From NCBI GenBank assembly GCA_019359765.1, contig JAHHGU010000008.1, positions 23,929 to 87,928 of the forward strand: DNA of 64,000 nt, given 5' to 3'. The translations under genes were made by a program, and so were the position numbers. A model generated the notes under the pieces. The model was given only the letters and a program-made list of their open reading frames with translations. It did no database searches and was not told the origin of the DNA. Origin of the DNA: Aphanothece sp. CMT-3BRIN-NPC111. GTDB lineage: Bacteria; Cyanobacteriota; Cyanobacteriia; Cyanobacteriales; JAHHGU01. Numbering within the stretch: position 1 is the first letter of the stretch; each line of letters begins with the position of its first letter. This document shows, one piece after another, positions 21,371 to 30,928 of the stretch.

Positions 21371-22465
21371 ATGACTGAAACACCGCCTGACTCTCCCGAA
21401 CGTAGCCCTCAACCGGCTGAAGCGACAGAGAATGTTGAATTTTTGTTGCAATCGCTGCGACGCAAAGAAGGAACCTGGGTTGAGTGGGGGCAGGCGTGTG
21501 CCGAGCTGCAAAAAGCTGGCTACAACCCGCAAGCGATTTTTGAAAAAACTGGGTTTGAGCCGATCCAGCAAAATCAAATTATTGTGGCGTCACAAGTCTA
21601 CAGCACTATTGTAAATGCTGGCGTCTCGGAAGAAGTGCGATCGCGCTATGAGCGCAGCGGCAGCGATAGTTTGTACGAATTGCGTATTCTTACCCAGCCA
21701 CAAAGAGCCGCCGTCGCCGAATTCTTGCAAGCCAAAAAGCTGGACTCTGAAGGTGCCCGTGAGGTTGCCAAAGCAGTCAAGGACTTTTCCTGGTTACGAA
21801 CTTTGCCAGAAGGGTTTTCAGACCATCCCGGCGATGCTGTCGCTTACCAGTATTGGAGATACGCTAAGCAACAAACAGATTTACCAGAGCGATCGCGTTT
21901 AATTGCTCGCGGCTTGATGTTTGCTCACAGCCAAACCGCACGGCAACAGATTGAGCAACTACTGACCGAGTTTGGCAGCGTCTCCAAGCGACCTGCTCCC
22001 AAGTTACCCTTGTACAGGTTTGAAGAAGAAGAAGAACTACCCCGCATCATACCCGTAGTGGGTAAGCTGCCCCTCTCAGTCGCAGACCTGCAAAATATTC
22101 CGCCAGTTGAAGAAACTGGTTCATTTCATCTGGTACAGACATCCTGGAATGGGACTTGGGTACCCCTGCCCGGTTGGCAAGTTTTATTGAGGGCACAAGA
22201 CCCAGTAGCCATTCTCTGCAACAGCACTCAACTGCCTACCAAGCTGACTGGCAAATCTGAAGACCTCTTGATTGTCATCGATCGCTCTGAGCAAGAATGG
22301 GAGGCCAACAGCTACTTTGTTGTTGAGCAAGCTGGGGAATTGCAGATCCAGTGGTTCCCAGATGCCCCAGATGTTCCCCTTTTGGGACGCCTGCTTTTGC
22401 TGCTACGTCCGAAAAAAATCCTTGATGAAGCCCTAGCTAAAGACATGTGGCAGATTGATGAATAG
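21371..22465 (+). CDS. raf1: Rubisco accumulation factor 1 (Raf1)-like protein
   Basis: 364 aa, cyanobacterial; N-terminal helical region (LRRKEGTWVEWGQAC...GYNPQAIFEKTGFEPIQQNQIIVASQVY) and C-terminal beta-rich half fit my recollection of Raf1; not verified. Confidence 0.45.
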   Translation: MTETPPDSPERSPQPAEATENVEFLLQSLRRKEGTWVEWGQACAELQKAGYNPQAIFEKTGFEPIQQNQIIVASQVYSTIVNAGVSEEVRSRYERSGSDSLYELRILTQPQRAAVAEFLQAKKLDSEGAREVAKAVKDFSWLRTLPEGFSDHPGDAVAYQYWRYAKQQTDLPERSRLIARGLMFAHSQTARQQIEQLLTEFGSVSKRPAPKLPLYRFEEEEELPRIIPVVGKLPLSVADLQNIPPVEETGSFHLVQTSWNGTWVPLPGWQVLLRAQDPVAILCNSTQLPTKLTGKSEDLLIVIDRSEQEWEANSYFVVEQAGELQIQWFPDAPDVPLLGRLLLLLRPKKILDEALAKDMWQIDE

Positions 22466-22549
22466 CTAAATTACCAAAGGCGGTCAGAGTTGCTGCTGCC
22501 GTTGGCATTCAAGGACTACACTGAGATTGATCGCCCCCTGTAGCAAAAG

Positions 22550-25018
22550 ATGTCAGACGCTCCGGATGCCAATTTGACTCGATCAGCCGCCTCTAAGTCT
22601 TTGCCAGACTCACTTCAACCTTCGCTGGCGGCATTACGACAGCAGGCTATAGAGCGCCTCCGCAATGGTTTGCGAGAGGGACAACAAAGCATGGCAGACT
22701 GGCAGGGCGGACCACTAGCGGTTTCTGCTGTGCCAGGTGCTGGGAAATCTACGGGTATGGCTGTGGCAGCTGCTTTAGCGATCGCCCGTTACCAACTTCA
22801 TGCCCGTCGCCAACTAATCATTGTCACCTTTACCCGCTCCGCTGCCGCTAATATCAAAGCCAAAATCCGCGCCAGCCTGCGGGAGTTATATTTGCCGCAA
22901 AACGGCTTTGTCGTCCATACCCTACACGGTCTGGCTTTGAATATTGCCACCCGTCATCGAGATCTGTCGGGTCTGAATTTAGAGACGGCGACGCTAGTTT
23001 CGCCTAACCAAAGCCATCGGTTGATCCGGGCTTGTGTGGAACAGTGGATTGCCGCTAATCCCTACCGCTATTCCTTGCTGCTCGAGGGAAATCAATTTGA
23101 TGGGGAAGAAACCGAACGTTTACGGCGTCAGTCAGTTTTGCGTACTGAGGTGCTGCCCAATCTGGCTAACACTCTTATTCATGAAGCAAAAAGCTCTGGT
23201 TTGATGCCCCAAGATTTATGGGCGTTGAGCGAACAGACGCCAGAAGCTTATGGGATTTTAGCGATCGCCGCTGGGTTATACGAGCAGTATCAAATCTATG
23301 CGCGATCGCGCGACTTCATCGACTACGACGACATGATTCTTGCCGCGCTGCGGGTACTAGAGAATGAAAGCGCCCGACGCCTCTGGCAAGAGCAAGTTTT
23401 TGCCGTCTTTGAAGACGAAGCCCAAGACTCATCCCCACTTCAAACCAAGCTGTTAGAAATTCTCGCCAGCGACTCAACCGATTCAAATTCAGGTCAAACC
23501 CAAGGAGATTCCCTACTCAAAACTCAAAATTCAAAACTCAAAACTATTGATACCCAAGTAGATTCCCTACTCAAAACTCAAAACTCAAAACTCAAAACTA
23601 TTAATCTAGTGCGTGTTGGCGATCCTAACCAAGCTATCAACTCTACCTTTACCCCAGCCGACCCTATTTATTTCCGCCGGTTTTGCGAAGAATGCCGCCA
23701 ACAAGAACGTCTAGCAACAATGGATCGAGCTGGTCGTAGTTCCCGGATTATCGTTGATGCCGCCAATTTTGTCCTACATTGGGTGAATCGTTCCCGGATT
23801 GCGGGTACAGAGCAACCCTTTAGTCCCCAAGAAATTCGTTGTGTTAACCCAGGCGACCCCCAAGCCGATGCCAACCCAGCACCAACGGGTCGAGGTCTAG
23901 AACTCCATAGTCCCAAGGATATTTATCAGACTGTGGAGCTGATAGGAAAGCGGGTGATGGAATTATTTGCCCAGAACCCAGAGGGTAATGCAGCTGTTTT
24001 AGTACGGGAGAACAGGCAAGGCAGCTTTATTGCGGCTCAACTAGAGTTTCTGCGGCGTCAGCATGGAATTGAGGTTTATGATGTCGCTCAGAGCGATCGC
24101 CATTCCCACGTCCCTGGTGAAATTCTGGCGCTACTGCAATTTCTCGACCGCCCTCATTCTCCTGATTACCTCAAAACCGCGCTAGAAGCCCTCGTACAGC
24201 GTCAACTCATCCCCACCCAAGACCTCAACGCCCTCGCCACCATACCAGAGCAATTTCTCTATCCTGGCCCTTTAGATCCACCTCAGACACCCTCAGTACG
24301 TCAGGCTTGCCGCTACTGTCGCAGTTTGCTGCGGGCGCGGTTAGAACTGCCCCACTATCAGCTAATTTCTTTTTTAGCACTAACCTTAAACTACGACCAA
24401 TCTGAGCTAGCCACAGCAGATAAATTGGCAGAACGGGTTGCCAAACAAACTGCTGGTAATAGTTCCATGAGCGCCACTCTAGCAGCCCTGAGCGAAATAG
24501 TTAACTCGGAACGGTTTGAACCTGTAAACGCCGAAGATAGCGACGACAGCTATATGCGGAAGCGCCAACTCACTATCATCAGCATGCACAAAGCTAAAGG
24601 GTTGGATTGGGATTATGTCTTTATCCCCTTTTTGCATGAAGATACCCTTCCTGGCAGCCCTTGGGTTCCTAATGCCGCCCAGTTTTTAGGAGACTTTACC
24701 TTGGCGGAGGTAGCCCGTGCCCAAATTCGCGCTAGCCTCCACGGTCAATCTCCCTTGCCAGCAGCAGATGAGGCTTGGGAACAGGCAGGGCACCTGAAAA
24801 CTGCTGAGGAATTTCGCTTGCTTTATGTGGCGATGACGCGCGCGAAACGTCTGTTGTGGATGGCCGCTGCTGAGAAAGGGCCTTTCCGGTGGAACACCTT
24901 TAACTGGAACCAAGGAGACAACTTGCAACAGAAAAAACCTTGCCCAGTGTTGCCTGTGTTAAAAAGTCGATTTCCTCACTCAGTAGTTTCTGTTTCGACA
25001 CCTGTAACCCCCTTTTGA
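22550..25018 (+). CDS. UvrD/PcrA/Rep-family ATP-dependent DNA helicase
   Basis: Walker A AVPGAGKST; motif II FEDEAQD; motif III VGDPNQAI; 822 aa; an STRR-derived insertion lies between motifs II and III. Confidence 0.8.
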   Translation: MSDAPDANLTRSAASKSLPDSLQPSLAALRQQAIERLRNGLREGQQSMADWQGGPLAVSAVPGAGKSTGMAVAAALAIARYQLHARRQLIIVTFTRSAAANIKAKIRASLRELYLPQNGFVVHTLHGLALNIATRHRDLSGLNLETATLVSPNQSHRLIRACVEQWIAANPYRYSLLLEGNQFDGEETERLRRQSVLRTEVLPNLANTLIHEAKSSGLMPQDLWALSEQTPEAYGILAIAAGLYEQYQIYARSRDFIDYDDMILAALRVLENESARRLWQEQVFAVFEDEAQDSSPLQTKLLEILASDSTDSNSGQTQGDSLLKTQNSKLKTIDTQVDSLLKTQNSKLKTINLVRVGDPNQAINSTFTPADPIYFRRFCEECRQQERLATMDRAGRSSRIIVDAANFVLHWVNRSRIAGTEQPFSPQEIRCVNPGDPQADANPAPTGRGLELHSPKDIYQTVELIGKRVMELFAQNPEGNAAVLVRENRQGSFIAAQLEFLRRQHGIEVYDVAQSDRHSHVPGEILALLQFLDRPHSPDYLKTALEALVQRQLIPTQDLNALATIPEQFLYPGPLDPPQTPSVRQACRYCRSLLRARLELPHYQLISFLALTLNYDQSELATADKLAERVAKQTAGNSSMSATLAALSEIVNSERFEPVNAEDSDDSYMRKRQLTIISMHKAKGLDWDYVFIPFLHEDTLPGSPWVPNAAQFLGDFTLAEVARAQIRASLHGQSPLPAADEAWEQAGHLKTAEEFRLLYVAMTRAKRLLWMAAAEKGPFRWNTFNWNQGDNLQQKKPCPVLPVLKSRFPHSVVSVSTPVTPF
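23507..23604 (+). repeat. tandem 54-bp duplication carrying ACTCAAA STRR heptamers, in frame inside the helicase CDS
   Basis: Unit gattccctactcaaaactcaaaa.tcaaaactcaaaactatt.a repeated twice, encoding DSLLKTQNSKLKTI x2. Confidence 0.8.
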
Positions 25019-25323
25019 TTTCTCGCCGTAGAGTAGAAACGTTCCGGCTGAAGATTTCTACAATGCATTGTGCGGGTTGTTCGTAAAGGGGCCTTTTCAA
25101 ATTCCCCCTTTTTTAACCAGGGCTACTTCATTGTCTAGAAAGGAAAATAGGCATCATATTAAAGTCATTTTTGCAGAAGATTTTGTCTAAGTCCCGCTAA
25201 GAGCAAGCATTTTAGCGTTGTCCTGAACGCGGATCAGTCAAACCGCAACCCAGGTAATTGCAATTTTCTAGCTGCTCAAGAATGCCACCACCAACTGCGA
25301 TCGCCCTTACGACTTTTGGCCAT

Positions 25324-25914
25324 CTAGATTTCCATCAAGAGCGGATAAGTAGGGTTAAGACCAGCGTACCCGTCAATAGGATAGGTTGGCTCAGACCAAG
25401 CATCCAATCGTAATATTTCTGGTTGAACAGAATTTTCTCTGGGGTAAAAGGTTAGACGGCACCACTCCTGAGTAGAACAGTCGGCGACATTTTCCTGATA
25501 TTGAGCACTATTCAAGTACTCAACATCGTCTTGGAGCTTCAGCTCGAAGACCAACGCATATTCCCCTCTCGTAAGATGCACCTGTCCTTCAACCAATCCG
25601 ATAATATCGGCAATCTTAGTACCTGCTTCGAATACTGAGAACGGCACTAAAATCGCACGCACAGTCTCTGGAAGAAGGCATATTTCATCGGATGGCTCTG
25701 CGACCCAAATTTCAATGGTAATCCACCTACATTCCGCCAAGGTGTAAAAGCTTAGGCTCCCCAGCCGTGCTGAAAAACCTTGAGCAAGTGTTTGGTCAGT
25801 AACGTCAGGATAGGTGTCATATTCTCCAACATTTACACTAAAAACTCGGAAGGCAAAGTTGGAAGGATACATTCCAAAGCTGGCAATTTTGTTCATCTCA
25901 GAATCAAAAATCAA
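25324..25914 (-). CDS. hypothetical protein
   Basis: 196-aa ORF overlapping the upstream CobA-fusion gene by 11 nt; no motif recognised. Confidence 0.35.
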   Translation of the reverse strand: MIFDSEMNKIASFGMYPSNFAFRVFSVNVGEYDTYPDVTDQTLAQGFSARLGSLSFYTLAECRWITIEIWVAEPSDEICLLPETVRAILVPFSVFEAGTKIADIIGLVEGQVHLTRGEYALVFELKLQDDVEYLNSAQYQENVADCSTQEWCRLTFYPRENSVQPEILRLDAWSEPTYPIDGYAGLNPTYPLLMEI

Positions 25915-27052
25915 CGCCTCGCTTTAGATCTACGCCTCGGTCGGCGTAATGCTTATGGCAAATCATCTCCGAGTGGACGCTAGCAAGGTCAAAATAAGCT
26001 GGTTGATTCAGACAGCGACCCGTGATAATCACTTCTGTGTCACGGGGTTTACGCAGTAAGGCTTCCACAATTGGCTTTTCATCTAGCAGTTCTAGGTCAA
26101 CTGTGGGATTGAGTTCATCAAGGATAACAGTTTTGTACAGACCAGAAGCGATCGCGCTACTAGCAATTTCCCAGCCCCGTTCTGCTTCCACATAGTCCAA
26201 CTCTTGCTGTTGCCCCCGCCAAACAATGGCATCTCCCCCACAGCGCTGATGATCGACTAGATTAGGGTAGCTTTGTTGAAGAGCTGCGATCGCCGCATCC
26301 TCTGTATAACCAGTACCGCCTTTCAGCCACTGCATAATTAGCACCCGATGCGAGTTGTCGGTGCTAATACCTCTGCCAATTGCCTGTAATGCCTTGCCCA
26401 AGGCACTCGTGGACTTGCCTTTGCCAGCACCTGTATAGATTTCAATCCCCTCAATCCCCTGTTTCTCAGATGTGGCGTGGTGGTGGGGTCTCATCTCCGA
26501 GTGCAAATCGGCAATATCCAGTAGCTGTTGGGGTGCCCCCCGACCAGTAACAATTACTTCTAGATCCTCTGGCTTATTTTTCAGGGTCTTGATTACTTCC
26601 TCTACGGGCAGCAATCCTAAATCTAGTATGGGGTTAAGTTCATCTAGAACGACAACGGAATATAAACCAGAGGCGATCGCCCCCTTAGCGACATCCCAGC
26701 CCCGCGATGCCTCACTTTTGTCAAAGCGGGAGATCTCGTCGCGCCCAAAAAACTCTCCTCGACCAGTACGCACCTGATCGATTAAGTGTGGGAAACCCCG
26801 CTGCAAAGCTTCAATTGCGGCGTCTTCATCATAAGGACGTCCTGGGCCTTTAAGAAACCGCAATAGTAACACTCGCGTGTCCGAGTAGGTATTAATTCCC
26901 AGCCCTATCGAGCGCAGAACAACACCCAGCGCTGCTTGAGACTTGCCCTTCCCGGCACCATCATAAACATGAATCTGACCAGCTAGGCGCTCAAGACGCT
27001 TTGAGGCCGTGCGAATACCGATGCCAGTCCTTGTCATGCTTAATCCTTGCAC
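25904..27052 (-). CDS. tandem-duplicated (fused) cob(I)yrinic acid a,c-diamide adenosyltransferase CobA/CobO/BtuR
   Basis: Two complete CobA-type P-loop domains, each with GAGKGKS.(A/S)ALG, (V/I)LDELN, VI(V/I)TGR and DLAD..SEM motifs, at residues about 30-190 and 200-380. Confidence 0.7.
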   Translation of the reverse strand: MQGLSMTRTGIGIRTASKRLERLAGQIHVYDGAGKGKSQAALGVVLRSIGLGINTYSDTRVLLLRFLKGPGRPYDEDAAIEALQRGFPHLIDQVRTGRGEFFGRDEISRFDKSEASRGWDVAKGAIASGLYSVVVLDELNPILDLGLLPVEEVIKTLKNKPEDLEVIVTGRGAPQQLLDIADLHSEMRPHHHATSEKQGIEGIEIYTGAGKGKSTSALGKALQAIGRGISTDNSHRVLIMQWLKGGTGYTEDAAIAALQQSYPNLVDHQRCGGDAIVWRGQQQELDYVEAERGWEIASSAIASGLYKTVILDELNPTVDLELLDEKPIVEALLRKPRDTEVIITGRCLNQPAYFDLASVHSEMICHKHYADRGVDLKRGVDF

Positions 27053-27196
27053 CCAAATGATGTGAAAGTTTCCTCATGCAGTTTAGCCGTCTTCGGTGTG
27101 CGGTGGAAAGACCAGCTGTTTCAAAAAAACCTCAAAATATTAAAAGAGGGAATTTATCAGCCCTGACGTGGAACCAGGTGAAAAGACGAAAAGCTT

Positions 27197-27751
27197 ATGC
27201 TGACACCTTTTTTGCCGATGCCGACAATTTTATTCCAGTTTTTATTTCTGCTGATAGCGATCGCCTTGGAAGCGTTCATTTTGCATCGGCAGCTTAAAAT
27301 AAGTCGCAGAACCAGTATTGAATACGCCACCTCAATGAATTTACTCTCCACAATCCTGGGTTGGCTGGTTTTCTTTTGTATTCAGCCCTTCCTCCCCTAT
27401 CCTCTAAAACTTCAAATTATCAGTTTTATATTTTTTAATCGCTTTACTAATTCACAATTGCCCTTCATTAATGCTTTTGTTATAATGCTCGGTATTGGGC
27501 TTTTCTTTGCCTCTTTTTTGATTAAAGTAAAAGGATTAGATATACTACAATTTTTAGTATCTGAACCTGACAATAATCAATTATCTCTAGAGCCAGAATC
27601 TCGGAAGAGTAAAAATGCTCATTCTTTGGTTAAGCAAGAACATTTACAAAAAAGTTCAACTCAAGCTGAGGTTATACTCTTGGCAAACGCTTGTAGCCAT
27701 AGTGCGATCTTGATGATTTTATTTCTTCGTTCAATTGAAATAAATTTTTAG
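27197..27751 (+). CDS. AT-rich 3-4 TM membrane protein, possible FraC-like septal protein
   Basis: 184 aa with three or four hydrophobic helices; immediately upstream of a FraD-like gene; size and topology match my recollection of Anabaena FraC (179 aa). Confidence 0.3.
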   Translation: MLTPFLPMPTILFQFLFLLIAIALEAFILHRQLKISRRTSIEYATSMNLLSTILGWLVFFCIQPFLPYPLKLQIISFIFFNRFTNSQLPFINAFVIMLGIGLFFASFLIKVKGLDILQFLVSEPDNNQLSLEPESRKSKNAHSLVKQEHLQKSSTQAEVILLANACSHSAILMILFLRSIEINF

Positions 27752-27762
27752 AATAAAATCCC

Positions 27763-28782
27763 TTGGAATATTTAATTAAGTTATTGAAATGGCTAAAAAA
27801 ATTAGTTACTCCTCCCAGAGCTTATTCCTGGCAGACCCTAATTTTACTCAGCTTATTTTCTTACGTTATGTCATTTTTAGCGACTGGTCTCGTGCGAAAC
27901 TGGCTGTCAACTTGGGGATGGATATTTTTAATTTGGGGTGTGGGCTGGGCTACTAATGAACAACCAATATATATTGGGCCTTTTTGTTTAAGCCCCTGGA
28001 TTACCGGGGCTTTAGTTTGTATTTTCATTTTTGGCAGTTGGTCAGATGGATTACCGCCCTTAGCCTTGATTTGGTGGCCTCCAGTCTCAGCAGTTATTGC
28101 TGCTATGCCTCATTTTTTAGAAAAAGGGCTGAAATTGAGGCTACCCCCACCAAGAGTGCGCCAACAGCTAGTAATTTTGTTCGGTAGCCATCTCCTCATC
28201 AGCTGCTGGTTTCAGTTTTATTTTGTAGCTCAAAACTTGTTATATCAGTATCCCAGCTTGTTAGCAGATGATTTCAGTCAAAGTGCCTTTGTTGTGAAAC
28301 TGAAAACCCAACCGCCGACAACACCTAGAGGAGCCATAATTCTAAACTTGATGGAGCCTCATATATTGCAAGATCTGGATAATCAACCTTGGTCACAGGT
28401 CGAGCAATGGTTTCTAGAGCAGCAAAAGCAGATACAAGCTGTAAGGAAGCAAGTGCAGAAAGAGCTTCCAAAGGCTGAGGAAGATTTATGGTGGCTGTTT
28501 GATTCTAAGGAATTTCCTAGCGCCTCAGGGTATAACTTGAAAATGTGGGCGCTTTGGCAAGGGCCACGTTCCAAACCTGAAAATTATCATATCGAAAAGT
28601 TGTGTCAAATTAATCAGGTGTACCCGCAACCAGATACAGACACTGGCACAACACCTGAATTCGATGAGGTTCAGCCTACCTCGATAGCGATCGCTGAGGT
28701 TAAGTGTACACCCGCCAGTTCCCCTCGCTGGGAGAGGAATCAGGACAACAGAATAGCTCCTAAATCAAGGGCAGAAATTTGA
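27763..28782 (+). CDS. 5-TM membrane protein with C-terminal coiled-coil, possible FraD-like septal junction protein
   Basis: 339 aa; five N-terminal TM helices then a soluble coiled-coil region (EQQKQIQAVRKQVQKELPKAEEDL); matches the FraD architecture (343 aa) from memory. Confidence 0.35.
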   Translation: MEYLIKLLKWLKKLVTPPRAYSWQTLILLSLFSYVMSFLATGLVRNWLSTWGWIFLIWGVGWATNEQPIYIGPFCLSPWITGALVCIFIFGSWSDGLPPLALIWWPPVSAVIAAMPHFLEKGLKLRLPPPRVRQQLVILFGSHLLISCWFQFYFVAQNLLYQYPSLLADDFSQSAFVVKLKTQPPTTPRGAIILNLMEPHILQDLDNQPWSQVEQWFLEQQKQIQAVRKQVQKELPKAEEDLWWLFDSKEFPSASGYNLKMWALWQGPRSKPENYHIEKLCQINQVYPQPDTDTGTTPEFDEVQPTSIAIAEVKCTPASSPRWERNQDNRIAPKSRAEI

Positions 28783-28900
28783 ACTTTTTACGCTATCCTT
28801 GGTTTCAATAACGATGTTGTAGAGACACGGCACTGCCGTGCTAATACTGTAAAGATGCGCTTAATTGATTCTTACTTTGCAGGGCTTATCTTTACCCTAA

Positions 28901-30676
28901 TTATAGGATGAGTTGCCAAATTTTGATAGTCTTGTCTCTGCTACCGCTAGCAATAATTTGAGCACTTAGACTAATTGCAACTCCATATACAGAATCTATA
29001 TGTCCAAGCAAAGTAGCAATTTCTTGCCCAGTTTTAACATTCCAAAGCTTTATTGTTTTGTCCCAACTGCCACTAATTAGGGTTTCTCCATCAGAACTAA
29101 ACGCAACTGCAACTACTGACCAGGAATGACCAGAAATTGTGCGAATGGCTTCGCCGTTGCTTAAGTTCCACAGTTGGATGGTATTATCATCACTTCCGGT
29201 TGCTAAAATTGACCCATTTGGACTGAAAGCGACTGCAAAAACTGATTTGGCATGACCCTTAAATGTGTAATCAAGCCTGGGGAACAATTCAGATGAAAAG
29301 CTAGAATTTAAATTCCACAATTGAACAGTCCTGTCAAAGCTTGTGCTGGCTATAAGTTGACCATCAGGACTAAAAGCAACTGCACTCACCTGCAATCCAT
29401 GACCGCTAAAAGTGCAAATTTCGGCAAAAGTATTTATATCCCATAGCTTAATTTTCTTATCCCAGCTACCACTAGCCAAAAGCTTACCGCAGGGGCTAAA
29501 AGCAACTGACTTAACCGCGTGTGAATGCCCAGAAAAGGTATAAATTTCCTGTTTGGTGTTCAGATCCCATAATTTAATCGTTTTATCATCACTACTAGAT
29601 GCAAGAATTTTTCCATCAGGACTGAAGGCAACAGCTTTAACAAAGTGTGAATGTCCAGAGAGAGTAGAGATTGCTTGTCCAGTGTTTAAGTTCCATAATC
29701 GAATAGTTTTATCATCGCTGGCACTAGCGAGAATGTGACCATCCGGACTAATGGCAACTGCATTGACACTGGCAAATAAACCTGAATGCCCGCTTAAGGT
29801 GTGTTGGCATTGCCATTTACAGTTTTGAGTTTTGAGTTTTGAGTTTTGAGTTAGGATGTTTGAGGGATATCTGATATGTGTAAAATTAATAGCTAGCAGA
29901 ACTTCATCAGCGGACTGGAAGCGGCGGTTAACAGCATTTTGCAGTAGCTTGTCTAGGATTTGGGTGAGACGCTCGCTCACTGCATCTGTCAAATACTGTC
30001 GCCAAATCCAACAATCATTAGCAATGTCGAACAAATCAAATGGACGAATGCCAGTAAGCAGGTAAATACAGGTTACTCCTAAGCTGTAAAGGTCACTGGC
30101 AAAAATAGCTTTTCCTTTGGCTTGTTCTGGAGCAACATATTCCGGGCTGCCAATAAGTGTGCCGATTTTTAATTGGTCAAGTTCCCTTACCAGTTTGGCA
30201 GCACCAAAATCAACTAATACAAAGCGGCTATCAGAGTTTCTGTGAATGATATTTTCTGGTTTAATATCTCTATGGATTACTTTATGATCGTGGATAAACT
30301 TCAGAACTGGTAATAAATCATCTAGAAGTTGCCAAATCTGAGCTTCGCTGAAATAGCCCTCCTCTTCTAGAGCTTTAGCTAAGTTAATGCCTTGAATAAA
30401 CTCTTGCACCAAATAGAGGTGCTGATCCTCTTCAAAATGTGCCAGGAGAGCAGGGATTTGAACATGCTTGCCTAAGTCCTTTAGCCGTTGCGCTTCTTGT
30501 TGGAACAGTAGGGTTGCTAAATTTTGCGCCTCTATAGATATTTGATTTTGAGGTAATAACTGTTTGATGACACAAGGAGATGGAGGAGATTGACCCTCAT
30601 CTACGGCTAGAAAGGTTTTACCAAATCCACCTTGACCAATCGCCTCCAGCAAACGGTAACGCTGTTGTATGAGCAA
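28901..30676 (-). CDS. Ser/Thr protein kinase fused to seven WD40 repeats
   Basis: Kinase subdomains (GQGGFGKTF, HRDIKPEN, DFG, APE); C-terminal repeated GH...WD blades; an STRR insertion in the linker. Confidence 0.85.
   Translation of the reverse strand: MLIQQRYRLLEAIGQGGFGKTFLAVDEGQSPPSPCVIKQLLPQNQISIEAQNLATLLFQQEAQRLKDLGKHVQIPALLAHFEEDQHLYLVQEFIQGINLAKALEEEGYFSEAQIWQLLDDLLPVLKFIHDHKVIHRDIKPENIIHRNSDSRFVLVDFGAAKLVRELDQLKIGTLIGSPEYVAPEQAKGKAIFASDLYSLGVTCIYLLTGIRPFDLFDIANDCWIWRQYLTDAVSERLTQILDKLLQNAVNRRFQSADEVLLAINFTHIRYPSNILTQNSKLKTQNCKWQCQHTLSGHSGLFASVNAVAISPDGHILASASDDKTIRLWNLNTGQAISTLSGHSHFVKAVAFSPDGKILASSSDDKTIKLWDLNTKQEIYTFSGHSHAVKSVAFSPCGKLLASGSWDKKIKLWDINTFAEICTFSGHGLQVSAVAFSPDGQLIASTSFDRTVQLWNLNSSFSSELFPRLDYTFKGHAKSVFAVAFSPNGSILATGSDDNTIQLWNLSNGEAIRTISGHSWSVVAVAFSSDGETLISGSWDKTIKLWNVKTGQEIATLLGHIDSVYGVAISLSAQIIASGSRDKTIKIWQLIL
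29821..29852 (-). repeat. ACTCAAA STRR heptamers in frame in the kinase-WD40 linker
   Basis: Plus strand shows agttttgagttttgagttttgagttttgagtt; the coding strand reads LTQNSKLKTQN. Confidence 0.8.
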
Positions 30677-30774
30677 AGCAAAAATTACAATTTATAGCTA
30701 GTAAAGTGGTTAAACTTATCCCACAACTAAAGTATGTGCGATTTTAGGAAGTGTGGATAGTAGTTAAAAGTTAT

Positions 30775-30878
30775 CAGAAAAGTGGTTTTAAGATATTTTT
30801 AACCACAGATAAACACAGATGAACACAGATACCAGTACGTATTGGGCTACTGAAACGGATGCAAGAAAGATAGGCGCT
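30775..30878. repeat. dispersed CACAGAT-type repeat element, copy 2
   Basis: Matches 17114-17218 over about 105 bp with few substitutions. Confidence 0.6.
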
Positions 30879-30928
30879 TAGTGGTAATACATCATACGAA
30901 ATACTATTCACTAAGCGCCTACACTTAT

